Part shown: piece by piece, positions 13,489 to 27,825 of the stretch
Layout: each line of letters starts with the position of its first letter
Position numbering within the stretch: position 1 is the first letter of the stretch
Assembly: GCA_011109175.1 (NCBI GenBank)
Contig: RDEW01000004.1
Location: 1,788,422-1,852,421 of the forward strand
Direction of reading: 5' to 3'
Source of the DNA: Dicyema japonicum
Lineage: Eukaryota > Animalia > Dicyemida
Length of the DNA stretch: 64,000 nt
Notes under the pieces: generated by a model
Seen by the model: the letters and a program-made list of their open reading frames with translations, nothing else
Databases searched by the model: none
What the model was told of the DNA's origin: nothing
Position numbers and translations under genes: made by a program

Positions 13489-14088
13489 GGTACTAGGACA
13501 TTTGGCAGACAGACATTAGGCCGACAGATATTAGGCCGATAGATTTGGCCGACAGACGTTTAGCCGACACACCCCTACGTACTAGGACATTTGGCCGATT
13601 AGGTTTTCAGTTATACACATGTTACATTATGTGAAACATGTACGGTTCCATTAGTGTACGCTATTGCTCGAAAAAATCTCAACAAATGTATGAACAAATA
13701 TTTTCTACTTTCACTTTGGGCAGTGTTTATGGCGAAAAATACAAAATCTAGGACTGCAGGCATGGTATAATGACCCAGCAAATGCAGACTTAATTAAAAG
13801 TATTCAAGCACTGGCATTTGTTCCTGTACCTCAAGTCATTGAGAGTTTCCGAGCGCTCCTTGAAACTATAGATGACGGGACTGATGACGTGTTGGGAGAT
13901 ATTCTGACCTATTTTGAGACAACATGGATCGGAGCCTTGCAACGTGGAGGAGAAGACCATTGTTTAGTTTGGAAATGTGGAATGTACACGACAGACAGGC
14001 AGAAGGCCTCCCAAGAACTACGAATTCACTTGAAGGATACCAGAATTTCCTGTCGGCCAAATGTCTGTTGACCAAATGTCCGGACACC
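13489..14088 (+). mobile_element. Internally deleted MULE (Mutator-like) element with repetitive TIRs
   Basis: Left end ggtactaggacatttggcagacagacattaggccgacag with tandem ggccgacagac units; right end is the inverse (ctgtcggccaaatgtctgttgaccaaatgtcc); internal ALAFVP, YFETTWIG and WNVHDR..LPRTTNSLEG match MULE transposase. Confidence 0.8.
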
Positions 14089-14317
14089 CATGGGAGGGAC
14101 AATTTTGACCTTCGAATGATAAACTCCGATTCTATGGAGAGAAGTTCGTATTTCCACAGTTTTTAATATTTCACTTTCTGAAGATTTTTTTAATTAAGAA
14201 ATAAACTGCATATATTCCATATTATTGACTTTGCAAAAAAAAATTCTCTGAGTTTTTAGACAAAATTAAAACTTTCGATTTTCCTACTAGGTCCTTTTTC
14301 TCTATTTTTATTGAATT

Positions 14318-14370
14318 ATTGAATCCACCTAACGCTGGAGACTTTCAAGGCCTGACCGGCATCCCTACTC
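14318..14370 (-). repeat. Dispersed structured-motif repeat, partial copy E
   Basis: Reverse complement atgccggtcaggccttgaaagtctccagcgttaggtggattcaat aligns with copy A (23300-23367). Confidence 0.6.
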
Positions 14371-15589
14371 CAGTAGTAAAGTTCTCATACTGGCGGATGC
14401 TTTAAAGACGTGATGCTGGGAAAGAATGCGTCTCACTTTAAGAGGGAGACTAACTAATCCCTTGATCTTTACACGCAATCCAGTGGTCATTGTACTGAAA
14501 ACTGAGGTCGTTACCAGAACTCGTCGCCAGGTAACGTAATGCCAGCGGACGCACCCAGAGATACGACATGTGTTTTTGCTTCTGTGCACAATTCGGTGGC
14601 AGATTTTGGTCTTATTGGCCTCTTGTCATTTAATATTATTATTATTTTTATTTAATGTTGAATGATTTCGTTTATAAAATATTAATTCTAATAAAAATAT
14701 AATTTTATTTATATTTACTGGATAACCTAAAAAGAAAATAAAATTTAAAACTAAAAATTAAACGAACGGCAATTTAAATGATTAGTGTACGACAATATTT
14801 ACACAAACGAACTGGAAAATTTGGAATTATTTGGTAATAAACTTATAGTAATCACAGGTTTGCTGCTACAAACTATGGGAAAATAACGAAAAAAAACTAC
14901 TGTAAAATGATTTCGTAGAAAACTGGTAAGATCATGATTAACATAAAGTTTTGAGTTATTAGCACATGTGGGAGGTTTACATGACCAAGATACTAAAATT
15001 TCGCTATATTTGTCAGGAAAATTATTCATCGGAATCGTAAGGATCACTTTAAACAGATTTCGTTGTTACTTGGTAAATCATAGAGTAATAATAACAGAGG
15101 ATATTATGAATGATTAAATTGTTAAAACAAAAAAGGACAAAATCTGATAAAAAGTCTAAATTATATAATGAAATTCGTGATATTGACTTTGAATTGAAAA
15201 TATTCCCAATATAGTATTATGTAATATTTAGTCAATTTCAGGTTGTTCTGCCATTTATAAGATATTTTAGACAGTTTTGCTGTTGATCTTCGCTTAATGT
15301 CACTACCAGAAGAATGGGTTGGAACTGAATCCGTCATTGAGGATTTGTGCCCTCCTGTCAATGAAAATGATTATCAAGAATATTATAATCTACTACTCTC
15401 TCCGTCAATTCGAGCGGAACAGCCGACTTTACTGAAGCGTACTGTTTACTTAAGCAAGTGACACTGTTTTGGATCCTTCCATCAGCAAAAGGATTCTTTC
15501 CAATCAAGATATATGGGCTTCTGTAATCTCCAAAGGTATTAATTTTGATATTTTAACTATTATTCATTTATATTCATAATCATTTAAGC

Positions 15590-15700
15590 ACTGGAGATCT
15601 CCGCGAACGCCGCTGGCTATTTGAGCGAATTTCGCTCGCAATTTTGAGAGGGAACAGCCACGCGGTGAGGGCGGCAACTACCTGACTTCTATTGTTTAAA
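15590..15700 (+). mobile_element. CRE-clade retrotransposon extreme 3' end
   Basis: Encodes TGDLRERRWLFERISLAILRGNSHAVRAATT*; close match to the minus strand of 53177-53275 and 35935-35985. Confidence 0.8.
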
Positions 15701-17599
15701 TTTATAAAGCCAAAATAAAAATTATTTTTTTTTTAAATCATTCGAGTGTTACATTAATATATTAATTTATATTCATAACCATTCAAGCGCTACATTATCA
15801 TATAAGTTTTTATAGTCAGTACTTATATTATTACGGACCAGAACACAAAATCCAGCCCATTGAAATTTTCTTAATCGAATTACAACGGAAACTCTTAAAG
15901 GAGGCTAGTTTACCGAGCTGCCCTCTATTCCATACACTATCGAAATTTCTACAATCATACAGAAAATTTGAGCCGTCCAATGAGAAGAGCTGTTCAGGAT
16001 TATCGACCCCACCGGACTCGTCCACTCCTTCGTCTGTCTGGGATCACTTAGTTAGTTAGATGAGAACTATTATTTCTTTCTCTTTGACCCAGTGATCCTG
16101 GGGTAATAATACTTATATTATAGATTGGGGTTTTGAGGGCAAAGAGATTGCAAACGGATAATCCCGCAAATTATAGTCTCGCCAAATTAAGAGAAAATCG
16201 TGAAAATGGAGATAGGACACTTTTTGTATTATCAAGTACAATCCCAAAGATAGCCCAACAAATGAACTCCTTAGTTAACAAATATGGTATAATATATATT
16301 ATGAGAATTATTGAATAATATGGGCTGACTAAAATATACTACATTTGTTAGAAAATCAAATATAAACGAATTATTGGACAGTAGAACGACCGCCCTTCGT
16401 AGCATTGAAATGATGAGCCATCAAAGTGACAACGAAGAGGGAATCGGGGATACCAAATGAGCATTCCAGAGATAGATTCCCATGAAATACTGTTTTTATT
16501 TAAAAGTAACTTATCACTGAGTGAAAAAACGAGCGAATATGGACCACAGATACCTATTCTTCGGGACATTTCTCAGTCATCAAAAAGTTCAAGGAAAATC
16601 CCAATTAACAAAAGAATTCATTCAAAATGCTAGAAATGCATGTCCTCACAGAAATGACAACATTCTCATCAATTTGTCCTTCAACTATGTATTCTAAAAG
16701 TCATCTGCTGAGTACTTTAGTGATATTTTAGGTAATAATATATAAAGTAGTCCACTGCAAAAATAATAAAATCAGATGTTATCATAATACGGAGATATTC
16801 AAATTATTATTTTGTGATTTGTTTAAATTAGTTTTTTTTAATTCCACGGCTTATTAAAAAATTCAATAAACTAAAACCATCTTCTACCACAAGAGAATAA
16901 GGGTTATCATATATTTGAATGATTAGCCTGTTCATGCCTTCCTTATACCATCTGTCTTTGGATTCTGGATTAATTTCCATAAGCTATGTTTCTTCTCATA
17001 TCTTGGGGAGAATTCCATCTATGATTTAATTTATGGACAAAGCTAATGGTTGGCTGGATTTGACCATTCTGAAGAAATCTCTGTGATCCATGGCGACGTA
17101 TAGCGTTTCCCATGGCGACAGATGGATGTCCTTTTTGATTATCGCAGTAAAACTCTATAGCATCACCTCCAACCTGCTCTTCGTTGATAGTGAGAGCGAG
17201 GCGATCCATATTGTTACTTCTCGTCTCTTTTTATGAACAAATGAACATTTTCCTGGTAAGTCTTTTAGATTATTTTAAAAACCAAAAACCAATTATTAAT
17301 TTCAAAAAATGACAGTTCAGGTCAAATAGTGTCTACTCAGGAAGATATTAGTAAGACATAGTTTGGCTGGATAACTTGGTCCAACAAAAGACATCAAATG
17401 GTGTTGATTATTTTAATGTAATCAAAAATCGATTATGATGAGAAAGCTATGGTTGTCATGGATATTCTTAGTGGAAATTTTTTAGAGGATATCTGTAAAA
17501 AAAGTTAGTTTTTCAGAGTATTGGGATGATGTAAAGAGTGACTGGATTGGAAGATATACCACTTGAAGTACCAAAACACCTATTTGAAGTGACCATTGA

Positions 17600-18300
17600 G
17601 TATTTACCTTATTGGAAGTCTCCAGGATATGATTGATGGAGTTATTTCTTTTTAAAGAAATTAACGTTCTTTCATTAAGTAATCTTAACCAAATGATCAG
17701 AGTCATAGATGGGAGGAAGTGTCCCTGGTGATTGGTTTATATGTGAGTTATCTATCTGATACCAAAATTTGAATACCCGAAATCACCTAAGGAATTACGA
17801 CCACTAACCTGCCCTCACTGTAAAAGCTAATGACGAAGTACAAACTTAGAGAATATGTGGAACCTTTGGCCTTAGCTCTGAATACCAAATAGGAACAAAG
17901 AGAATGTGTTAATGGGCGGAAAAACAATTAAGTCAATATAGAAATATATAAAGCAAATGAGTATATTCTATTTTCTCTTTGGATTGACGTAAAGAAGACT
18001 TTCGACGTTGTTTAGTACTCTAGAAGAACGGGGATGTGGACTTTAGTCTCAATGAGGCAATACTACATTTTGCCATGAGTTAAGTGACAAACTAAACCAT
18101 TCAGTTAGAAATCTATTACTTAGAGGCTATCTTAGTAATTTTAAAATTACAAGGAAGACGGGGAAGGTTGAATATTAATGAATATCAGTTAATTATTAAA
18201 ATAAACCAAGAAATGAAGAGTGGTGAAGATACTAAACAAATACTTGAATTTGAGGGATATGTTGTACTCTTGACATGGTAATATCAACCAAGCGTCAATA
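17600..18300 (+). mobile_element. R4/Dong-like LINE reverse transcriptase remnant
   Basis: PKELRPLTC and WIDVKKTFDV (RT domains 1-3, W.D.KKAFDSV type); many stops. Confidence 0.5.
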
Positions 18301-20654
18301 TATAGAAAGTAAGTTCTTCCATAACAATTATAATATAGAAATGGATGGACTAAGTATTACTTTAACTAATTTTGTAGTTAACTCACAAAACTTGAGATGA
18401 TCTATTTCTCCAAATGGCGATATTATTATTAACTTCAATCATAATAATCCTATGAATTTATCACTATTACTTCAAGACACATGAACTAATAGTTATTGAC
18501 ACTACTCACACACGTGCTTTTCTAAGTAATTTGGCTTATATTTTCTTGTGTTGTTTGATTGTAGAAAATAATCGGTTCGTGGTAAATTGTGTATTTGTAT
18601 GTCCAAAAAGATTATTTGAGTGAGCTAATTTTTGGATATCCCAAAATGTGGTAAAAAGATCTTTCGTAATAAATTTACGTAACAAATTTATTTTATGAAG
18701 GGGTTCCAAGGAATGGACGTCTTCTGCCTTTTATGGATGTTCTGGATAGACTTGTGTGATGTTGGATCTTGGTCATAATAGTGGATCGATGATCTTTTAA
18801 TTCTTTCTATTGTAGAATATTGAGTGAGTTATTGGGTCATTAATATTATCGAAATGTTACGTAACTTCCCGATTATGATTTCACAAACCAGGGATATTGA
18901 TATGCTTAATGTACAAGTGATAAATGATTCATCACTGAATCTTAGAATATTCATGACATGTGGCATTGAGGAGGCTGTTTATTTAGTGGATTGTAGAATA
19001 TGTTTGTGAATAGTTTCGAAATATCTCATTTACGTTCGAATATGTTTGAAGGAAAAGTCCCCATATTGATTGATTCTCTGTTTCGTGTGATGTTTGAAAA
19101 AATTATTGAAAATTTGAGGTTAGCGATAAGCGATCGTTCACTGGAAAGTGAGCTTTATATTGAATGTTGCGAAACCTTTACGTGAAATAACATAATCAAA
19201 TAGCCAATAACTTATAGATCAATTGGAAGACCCATTTAGCTTAAAGCACGTGAGTGTGGTTTACTAAGATTATTGAAGAGGGACAAGGACTTTTTTCTAA
19301 TCGAGCCAGTTGTCTCGAATCAATAACATGGAATCAAGTTATTTTAAGTGCTAACACGTGTTAAATTATTTTATTTTTTTATGTTCTCCAAATCCTGATT
19401 GTTTACTTTACACTTATCCTTCCTGGTCCAACTTTCAGTTAATCATTTGACGAAAATTAGGTGAGATATAAAATATATTCACATGCCCACGTGGTCATAT
19501 GGTTTACTGGAACTTTAAAAGCTCATTTTAATAATAATTTAGAGATTTGTAATCTGGACTCTGTAGGATTCGTGGAGAATATAATTAACTTATCTCAAGA
19601 CTATTGAAGATATCACAAATTCAATTTCGGATTGATACAAGCATTCTTATCTGTCAGATTTGGGGGCATCCGTTTAACCTCTGTTGTGGACATTTCCTTG
19701 CACTCTTACCCGTCTTCATTATCATGCAACACGCTTCTGTGTCCTTCTAGATGACTGAAAATTGGGTCTGGATAAGAAAATTACTGCAGGATTGAGGAGT
19801 TAGTCAACGGCCTATGACGTTTCAGAGAAGGATATTTTGGAACGGAATCCTTACGGAGATATTACTGACTATATCTGAAACGACCTTCAGGCAGCTTTAA
19901 ACTTCTGATTTATAAACCCTGAAGTAACAATTTTCCGAATTATTATTTCTCTTCTATGTATTGCTTTTTGAAAGTAAAAGTTCTAATCAGCTAGAATAGG
20001 CCAATGACGACTCTACGCATTAATTCAAGAACATCAGATTGTCGGTTTAAAATGATTTATCGACTTATCCTCAGTTGATTCTGGTTATTACTTTTCACAG
20101 GGATGAAAACAATTCTTTGTTATGTTACCGTGGTTTTTTGGAATTTTTCATTCCATTTCATCAAAAGGGTCACCAAGAATATACGTGAGACTGGATGGCT
20201 ACGAGAGCGTATCTCGATGGACTTTCTCAGAGGAAACAAGCAGGTGATTCAAGTTTCCTAGATTAAAATTAAACTAAATATATAATATATTTTATTTATT
20301 ATAAAATACATCGTAATTAAAGTTATTAATAGTTTAGATCCTTACGTCATTAAATCGTAACCGGTCAACATCCGAAGTCTGGAAAACTACTCGAAATATC
20401 TCGAAGGTGGATGAAAGGACACCCGGAAATGACGAATTCAGCCAAAAGGACATAAACGCCTTAATAAAATACTACGCGAAAATCTCTCACAAAAACCATA
20501 TGAGGACTTAAGTGACTTGTGAATAAAAATTAATTATGTTTATTAAAACTAAATTTAATGATTATTATCTCTTAATTTTGTTTTACTGTGGTCTTGGGTT
20601 AAATAAATAAAATAAATAAAAATAAAATAATAAAACTTTTGAATAATTTAATTG

Positions 20655-21450
20655 ATTCACTATTGCATGTCGTTTCTCGTTAACCAAAAGGGAAATAGAA
20701 ATTTAGAACATGATGGAAATCTGTATCATTTAAAATACAGGAAGGGACAAAGCACATATTAGAGGTGCTCAGGTCGTAATTGTCCTGGATCTGTAAAAAC
20801 CATTCAATTCTGTGATGAAGTTTGGAGTCTGAAGCAACATAATCATCTTCCAAGGAGTGAATTTGTCAAGACAGCCTTAATACGGGAGGACATAAAGCAG
20901 AAATCACTCTTATGTGATTGTGTCCTAGACAGATAATTAATAATTCTCTGATTGACAAAATTTGACGACTATTGCTTTGGCAGGGACTCATTCTTCTCTG
21001 GAACAACTGATTAATAAAACAATATAAAATATCCCACACGAAAGTGATGATTCAGTTCTTAATATTGAGGAGAATTTAATGTATACCTTACGAGGGCATA
21101 GATTATATCAGTTTGGACACAGTTTTCGCCAAAATATTGGTATATTAATGATTAACTTTTCAGATGTTGAGACAAATTTAGATATTTACATCTAAAATCA
21201 ATAAACCACAATTAATTCACTATTTATTCATAAATCGAATTATCCGTGTTAGAAAAGTGCATATTAAAAGTATGATCAGACTAGCCAAAAGTACAATGAT
21301 ATTGTTTCATATCTACAATGCAAGATCATCAACCAAAATTTTACACGAATGCAAAAATTTCGGTTTATTAAGAAAGCCAATTTTTTTCTTGTTGGAAGAT
21401 TCTAAACTCTTTACAAATGATGAAACTCATAAACGTGTTATTGCTCAGGA
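20655..21450 (+). pseudogene. FLYWCH-MULE transposase remnant
   Basis: LEHDGNLYHLKY..Y*RCSGRNCPGSVKT..KQHNH fits the FLYWCH zinc finger; upstream ggacataaacgcc is TIR-like. Confidence 0.6.
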
Positions 21451-22079
21451 CGATGTTTAAAATATGAAGGTAGAATGCAGTAAACAGCATTTGACCACTC
21501 ATTATGGAATCAATAAACTGAAAGAATTTTGCGACAATTATTATTTCACAACTAAATACAATTTTTAATCTGAAAATTTTTAAGATTGGAAGTTATATAA
21601 GAATCGAAAAATCAAATAGTGGAGAATAATCCATATTTATTGGTTAGCAAAATATATACAAGAAATTTTGATAGCAGCCTTCAACACTATTTGATAAATC
21701 CAATAATATATAGATATTGAAGAAAAAATGACAATATAACAGAAAAACAAGACAAAATAAGAAACATTGGTTTTTTGGGTTAAATAATAATAAATAATAA
21801 AATAAGAAACAAAATACCAGCCACCACAACGCGGCAACCATGTGTCAAGTATATATATCTATTAAAAGGTTCGCCATATTTTAAAACAATTTTTAAAAAT
21901 AAATAACTATTAAATTAGATAAGTCATAATTTTACGAGACTTAATTAATTTAACTATAATGATCATGCCGTGTGGCACATCCACGTCTCAATGAAGAAGG
22001 GATAGAGATTTTGCGGCTCTTTTTCATATAAATTGTGCAATGCCACCACATCGTAGGTGAGAAATCATGAAAAATACAA

Positions 22080-23270
22080 ATCCAAAGTGCGGATGACATT
22101 TCAATAGCTAAATTGAAACACTTGGGGCCAATAGCAATCGATGCCCTTACTCAGATTTTCAATTACTCTGAATAGAAATGAGATTCCCTCATTATGGAAA
22201 AAATCACTTATACATCCAATACCTAAAAATGAACAAAGCCTTAGACGACCCCCGGAGTTATCGTCCAATATCGATTCTTTGTGGCCTTTCAAGGACATTG
22301 GAAAAATAATCCTCCACAAGATCACTCATTCGCTTGATCTTGCAAGTTTCCAACATGGCTTTAGATCGGGATACTGAACTTCAACACATCAAACAAAACT
22401 AACTCGGTTCATCTCGTTTCTCAAGAATTCTCTATATCACCAACCTTGTTCAATTTATTTACAAGAGACCTTCCAAATCCAAACATCCAAAATACCATCC
22501 TTCTGTCTTATGCCGACGATCTCATTGTCGCAGCAAAACACCAAGACCATAAAGAAGCTGCACGAAGGGTTCAGGAGACCCTCGACATTATGAACCCATG
22601 GTTCCTCAAAAACCTCATGAAAATATCCCCCTGGTAAGTCAAACACTGCGGTTATCTCCTTTTACAGAAACACATATCCTTCGATCCTAAATTAACTTGG
22701 AATGGAGAGCTTATCCCAGTTAATAAGAACCTATCAATCCTTGGAGTTACATATGACCCGTTTATGACGTTCACACATCATTTTGGACACAATTATTTTA
22801 AGAGTTCAAAAAAAGATGGGGATCCTCAAGACTTTTGCTAGATCTCCAATATCTTAACTTTCTTATTTCAAATTATTATACAAACAGTATGTTCTACCGA
22901 CAATGGAACATGCATGTACGGCGTACACCCTTTCAATATCCACGCAGAACAAATTAGAAATCAATACAAACGCAAATGCCTCCGGATCCTTCTTAAATGT
23001 GACAGAACGACGCTTACGTCAGAAATGAGTAACACGTAGATCTCAAAAAAATTATAAAACTATTGGTGGCGAACAACAAAAATTCTTGAAAATGGAGCGA
23101 TCTTCCGGTAACCCCTTGAAGATGAGTTTCTAGCCTACCTAGAAGTATGCTCGCAAATTTGAGATCAAACCTTCTTCCTTTTGGACGATCATAAAAAAAT
23201 TGCAGACAAAGTCGAAACAAAGGAGGACGCAATGACACCGGGATCACTTAATTAGACAATAAATTTTTTC
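22080..23270 (+). mobile_element. Jockey/I-like LINE (RT and 3' end), decayed
   Basis: WKKSLIHPIPK, FQHGFR, LFNLFTRDLP..LSYADDL, SILGVTYDP; 3' end ccgggatca shared with the element at 59200-61160. Confidence 0.8.
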
Positions 23271-23294
23271 TCTGTGTTCCCGGGGTTATAATAA

Positions 23295-23520
23295 TAATGT
23301 CGCGTGGCGTCATTGAATCCACCTAACTGCGGAGACACCCAATGCCTTGCCGGCATCTAAAGGATCCAACTATTCTTTCTCCGGGGACAATTTCGTTACT
23401 TGGAGACAAGTTCTGGAACGCAGAACGAGTCAGGATCAAGGAGTTGGTTAGTTTGGAATACCCTTGGTCTTTGGAATGAATTTAATTTAATGCCGCGTGG
23501 CGTCATGTGCTGCTACTTGG
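23295..23520 (-). repeat. Dispersed structured-motif repeat, copy A plus a second tail motif
   Basis: Minus strand ggatcc-ttta-gatgcc-ggcaa-ggcatt-gggtgtc-tccgc-agttag-gtgga-ttcaat-gacgccacgcg (23300-23367); tail cacatgacgccacgcggc again at 23491-23510. Confidence 0.7.
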
Positions 23521-24149
23521 CTAATTGGTTGAAGTTTAATGTTTGTTTTTCTATACCACCTCTTCCCCTTCTTACTAGAATGGCCTCCTGTAATCCACTT
23601 GTCTCAGGAGGCGCTTAGTATCAGGTTGGCGTAAAAAAGGATCATTTGCTTTCCTTACAAGGCGTGAACGCAAAGAATTGACGTCTTTTAACTTTTATGC
23701 TGGTTCCGGAATTGTGTGACTTTGAATGATTTTTTATGTAACAGTGGAAACTGGATACACTTAATTAGTTGTTTACTGTTAACTCCTTTTTCGTTGTATA
23801 CAGATGACCTGTCATTTTCATGCGGAAATAATTATTCCATAGGAGGTTTTCCGTATCCTACATGGTAAACTGCGACATTTATTGTCCGTCAACAGTATCG
23901 TTCAAGGACTTTAGACACCTATTCGGATTGAATTGTCGTCGAGAAAAGTTCACAAAACTCGAATTGGAATGGCGTTGAACCATGATACACTTTCGGAAGA
24001 TTCCGACAAACATGAACGATATGTCGAAAGCCCTCAGGAGTAAATACGTCGCGAATCCTGGGAAGGGGAAGTTAAGAATAGTTACGGCTCCAGATCTCCC
24101 GTAGATGCCCGACGTCCGAGTTAGTTAATAATTACAGAATGAACCTGAA

Positions 24150-24900
24150 TCAGAAGATAACGACTAATTAATTGAAAAACTATCCACCAAACAAAAAGAA
24201 TTACGCTTAAGAATTGAGAACTCTAAATCATCCGACAAGTAAAAGCATTGAAAACAGAAAGAAGCTTTAAAATGCCACAAAAAGTCACAACGAGGAAGAG
24301 GATATTAAAGCCCTCGAAGAAATATAAAAATGACACTAAAATATTCAAAACCATCCGAATCCTCAACCATGGAAAACTATGAAATAACATCATTGTTCAT
24401 GACAACGATGGCAATACAGTCATTTACAGGAGCATAAAAATTGAACTGATATCCAAAAATTTCTGCATCAATTTATAAGTTGGTCAAACCCTTGGAGAAA
24501 TGAGAAAGATACCAACTTGGCACTAGAAAGGCTAATCAATATTGAAGAAACTAGAGTGCAGTCACAAACCTTAACAAAGACACCCAGGATCGTTAAAACA
24601 TGGTATGTCAGAGTTAGCGAAAATAATAACCATAATTTTCAATATGTCATAGAAAAAACCTTTGCAAATATCTTGGAATAGGTCCCTGTGCATAAATCGA
24701 GAAACAAAAAGGCCTTCTAAATAACCTAAGGCCAATAATCTCTTTAACTACCTTACGGAAAACATTATTTCTTGTCTGTCTTACCAGAATAAGAGATATA
24801 GTCGAAGAGTTTCTCCCGCCTAGTCACTGGTAGATCTACTTGTCAGGAAGATCTACAGCTGATGTCACATGGATCTGGGATTTCTCCACTACGCCGTAAT
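24150..24900 (+). mobile_element. RTE-clade LINE RT remnant
   Basis: RIRDIVEEFLPPS..RSTADVTWI parallels LSPGQSGFRKERSTADAVW in ORF 58081-58407. Confidence 0.5.
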
Positions 24901-25740
24901 TACTGAAAAATGACATATATCCTCGGTTTAGATTTTTGATCCCGTGAACAGAAATAAACTATGATCGTTATTGAAGATATTCTCGACCAAGTCAAGATTA
25001 GGACACCCAAGGAGTGTTTTAACAAAATTAGCTTTCGTTGTGCCGAGGAGATGACGTTGTCGATGTGTTTGCTGAAGGTCAAGAGTGGGTCGTAAGTTAC
25101 GCCCAGTATCTTGACCGAGTTGGTCGTGGGGATTGAGTTTCCCTTTATGGTTACACATGGAGCGGAGTTTGTCAATCTTCTGTTTTTTGTGAAAATTGTT
25201 GTATAAGACTTTTCGTGACTTGTATGTAGAATGTTCTTAACGTGCCAACAGTTCAGATCGTCCAATGAAGCTTGTATCCGGTAAACTGCAGTATTAACGC
25301 ACTGGTCTTTGACTGCGACGATTATATCATCCGCATATGTCAAAACCAGAGTATATTCACTGGTAAGGGAGGTCATATCATTCAGGAATAGGTTGAACAG
25401 GTGTGGTGACAGTGGAGATCCTTGAGAGACCCCATTTGGAAAACTTGGTCACTTAGTTTTTCCAGCAGTTACTCTTCCTCTTATTCCATTTAGGAAATTA
25501 GCAATCCAGATTTTCAGGTTGTTTGGGATTTTTGATGTAAAGATCTTCCTTATCAACAGCTTTCTTGGGACAGTGTCGAAATCTTTTTCTATATCTATGG
25601 AGCATATGAATGACTTCTGATGAGGTTTCCGTTTTAGCCATCCTTGATGAAATTTGTAAGGCATGTAAGATGCGTTTATGTGGAGTGCCCTTTTCTGAAT
25701 CCGCGTTAAAAAGGTGCGTCAGAAAGGTATGGTTTGATTA
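24900..25740 (-). mobile_element. Jockey/I-like LINE RT remnant
   Basis: ORFs 25449-25664 (SIDIEKDFDTV) and 24900-25376 (LTYADDII, KILGVTYDPLLTF); QGSPLSPHLFNLF. Confidence 0.85.
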
Positions 25741-26179
25741 GTTCAAGAGGTTATACGTTATTAAGAAAACCTATAAATAGTTGTGTCATTGGGAAAGATA
25801 TTTTTTTAATTTAAAATAATTAGTGAAAATTTAAAATTAACAAAATGTATAGCAAAGTAGTATTGGGAGTTTTAATGTTTGTTAAATTTATTTTTGTGTG
25901 TATCACAAATAATTACATTCTGTGACGAATACAACACAGAAACCTGTACAAAGGAACTGGTATTAATATTTGGAAGACTATTATCAAAATGAATCGTAAT
26001 CTGAGAAATACATTTATGAAAATTTATAAGTATCTGCCGATTTCGACCACGTGGTTGAACTCTATAAGAATCATATGATCATATATTCTGTACCTTATTT
26101 GATAATGTTACATTTATGCTTTTGACTTTGGGATATACTCAAATCCAGTCGAGTCTGTGTATTCCTTTTCTAGCAGGAA

Positions 26180-26620
26180 TCTCTGGCGGTTGGGGGAGAC
26201 ATGCTCAGATCGGACTGTCAAAATCTATTTTTTGGTTTCTTCCAAATTGTTTTCCAGGGATCTTCTTTATCTCCATTTATTCAATCTATTCATGACAGAT
26301 TTCCCTATATCGAAACGAATAATGTAATTAATCTCATTTACGCAGACGGACTAACACGACCTGGACATTGAGGCTGCTACTTCAAGATTGCACCAAAACC
26401 TTCTCCGGTTCTAAAAAGTTTGTCATGACTATTTACATCAGACAAAAGAATGGGAAATAAAAAGTCGAATGAAAAACAAATAATATCATTATCCCCCTCA
26501 ACAAATCTTTAAAAATCATGGGGGTGATTTTTGACATGAGATGTGCTTCTCGATTCATGTTGAAAATTTGGATGCAAAATCCAAAAAAACTAACGTGTTG
26601 AATGTAAGATCGTACATTAA
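26180..26620 (+). mobile_element. LINE RT remnant
   Basis: QGSSLSPFLFNLFMTDFP-like peptide and a GVIFD motif. Confidence 0.5.
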
Positions 26621-27825
26621 GCCATGAGGTCATTCATTTCCTTGTCAGTTGCAAGAAAGGGGCATTTAAAGTTACGGACCCATGAACTTTTGAAAAAAAT
26701 TACCCTTTTAATGCCTTTAGGAATGCCTAATTCATACGAACCGAGAGTACGGTGTTACGAGCATATAGTATTCGTCCGATACGTGCTTGTGTGGGCTCGA
26801 GGAAGGAACACTGATCAGATGATGTTTCGGCTGGAACATGATAGCATGAGTATTAATTCATTTATGAAAAAAATATCATCTGTTTAGCCTCATCCTTTCA
26901 AGTAAAGAATCCAATAGCTAACAGAAAAGTAACAACCAAACACAGACGTTTCAAGAGTCTGGCCTTCTTGCCGTTGTCAGTTTAATGTAGTCTTTTAACA
27001 TATATGGACTTCTTGCCGTTGTGAAAAACGACCTATCTTTCACGGACTTAGGTCGGCTTTTGAAATCAGTCCTTGAAAAATTAAAATCTAGTAAAAGTTT
27101 TTTGCTTTTTGGATGAAGGTACATTCCTTAGCAAAGATTATGTCTCACCACTTACACCCCAACCTGTCACTTTTCTATATTAAAATATTAATCATATGTG
27201 GGGAATTCAAAGCAAGACACCCACCTTGGCGAACCTCATAGTTCTCTAACAACTAAGGTAACCTTATCGCAAGTAATCACTGACTTGTTTTCTAGAGATT
27301 GGTTTGGAAGCCAAGAAATTCGAGCTATAGAAAGGTCTTTCTGCAATTCCCAAGCTGTTCTATTTTCGATTAACTTGAATAATATACTGAAGCTTCTCAA
27401 AACTAAGTAAGAGGTGGGAAGTGAAATAAATCAATACGCCCTCGAAGCCATCCAATCTAACGTGGATCCTTTGTTACGCTTTGGATCACTGAGTCGATCT
27501 GACCGACTAGATTGTCAGCTGTGAGCCAAGGATTCCTAATGTCAAATAGAATAAACAAGTGATCCTCTGTTTCCTTATAATTTATTTCTTAAAATGATAC
27601 GCTCCGAATTTTTTCTAGTGGAGAACCCAAGAGTGAAAAACTGGAAGAAAGGTTCCCTCTTGTCGTTAAGTCCACTCTCACACTGTATTTCAGTTCATAA
27701 ACTGGTAGTGAATGCAAAAACAGTTAATTTCCTCTCCGCTTGACATGAACCTATTTCAGAATGATTTGTGGTTTGATGTCTTAGTCTCCATATTTACGTA
27801 ATTGAGGACATTAGTAAGGTTTTTT

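Noticed and set aside
18500-19260. MITE bounded by inverted cacgtgcttt
   Set aside because: Only about 10 bp of inverted identity, centred on the palindromic CACGTG, and no TSD.
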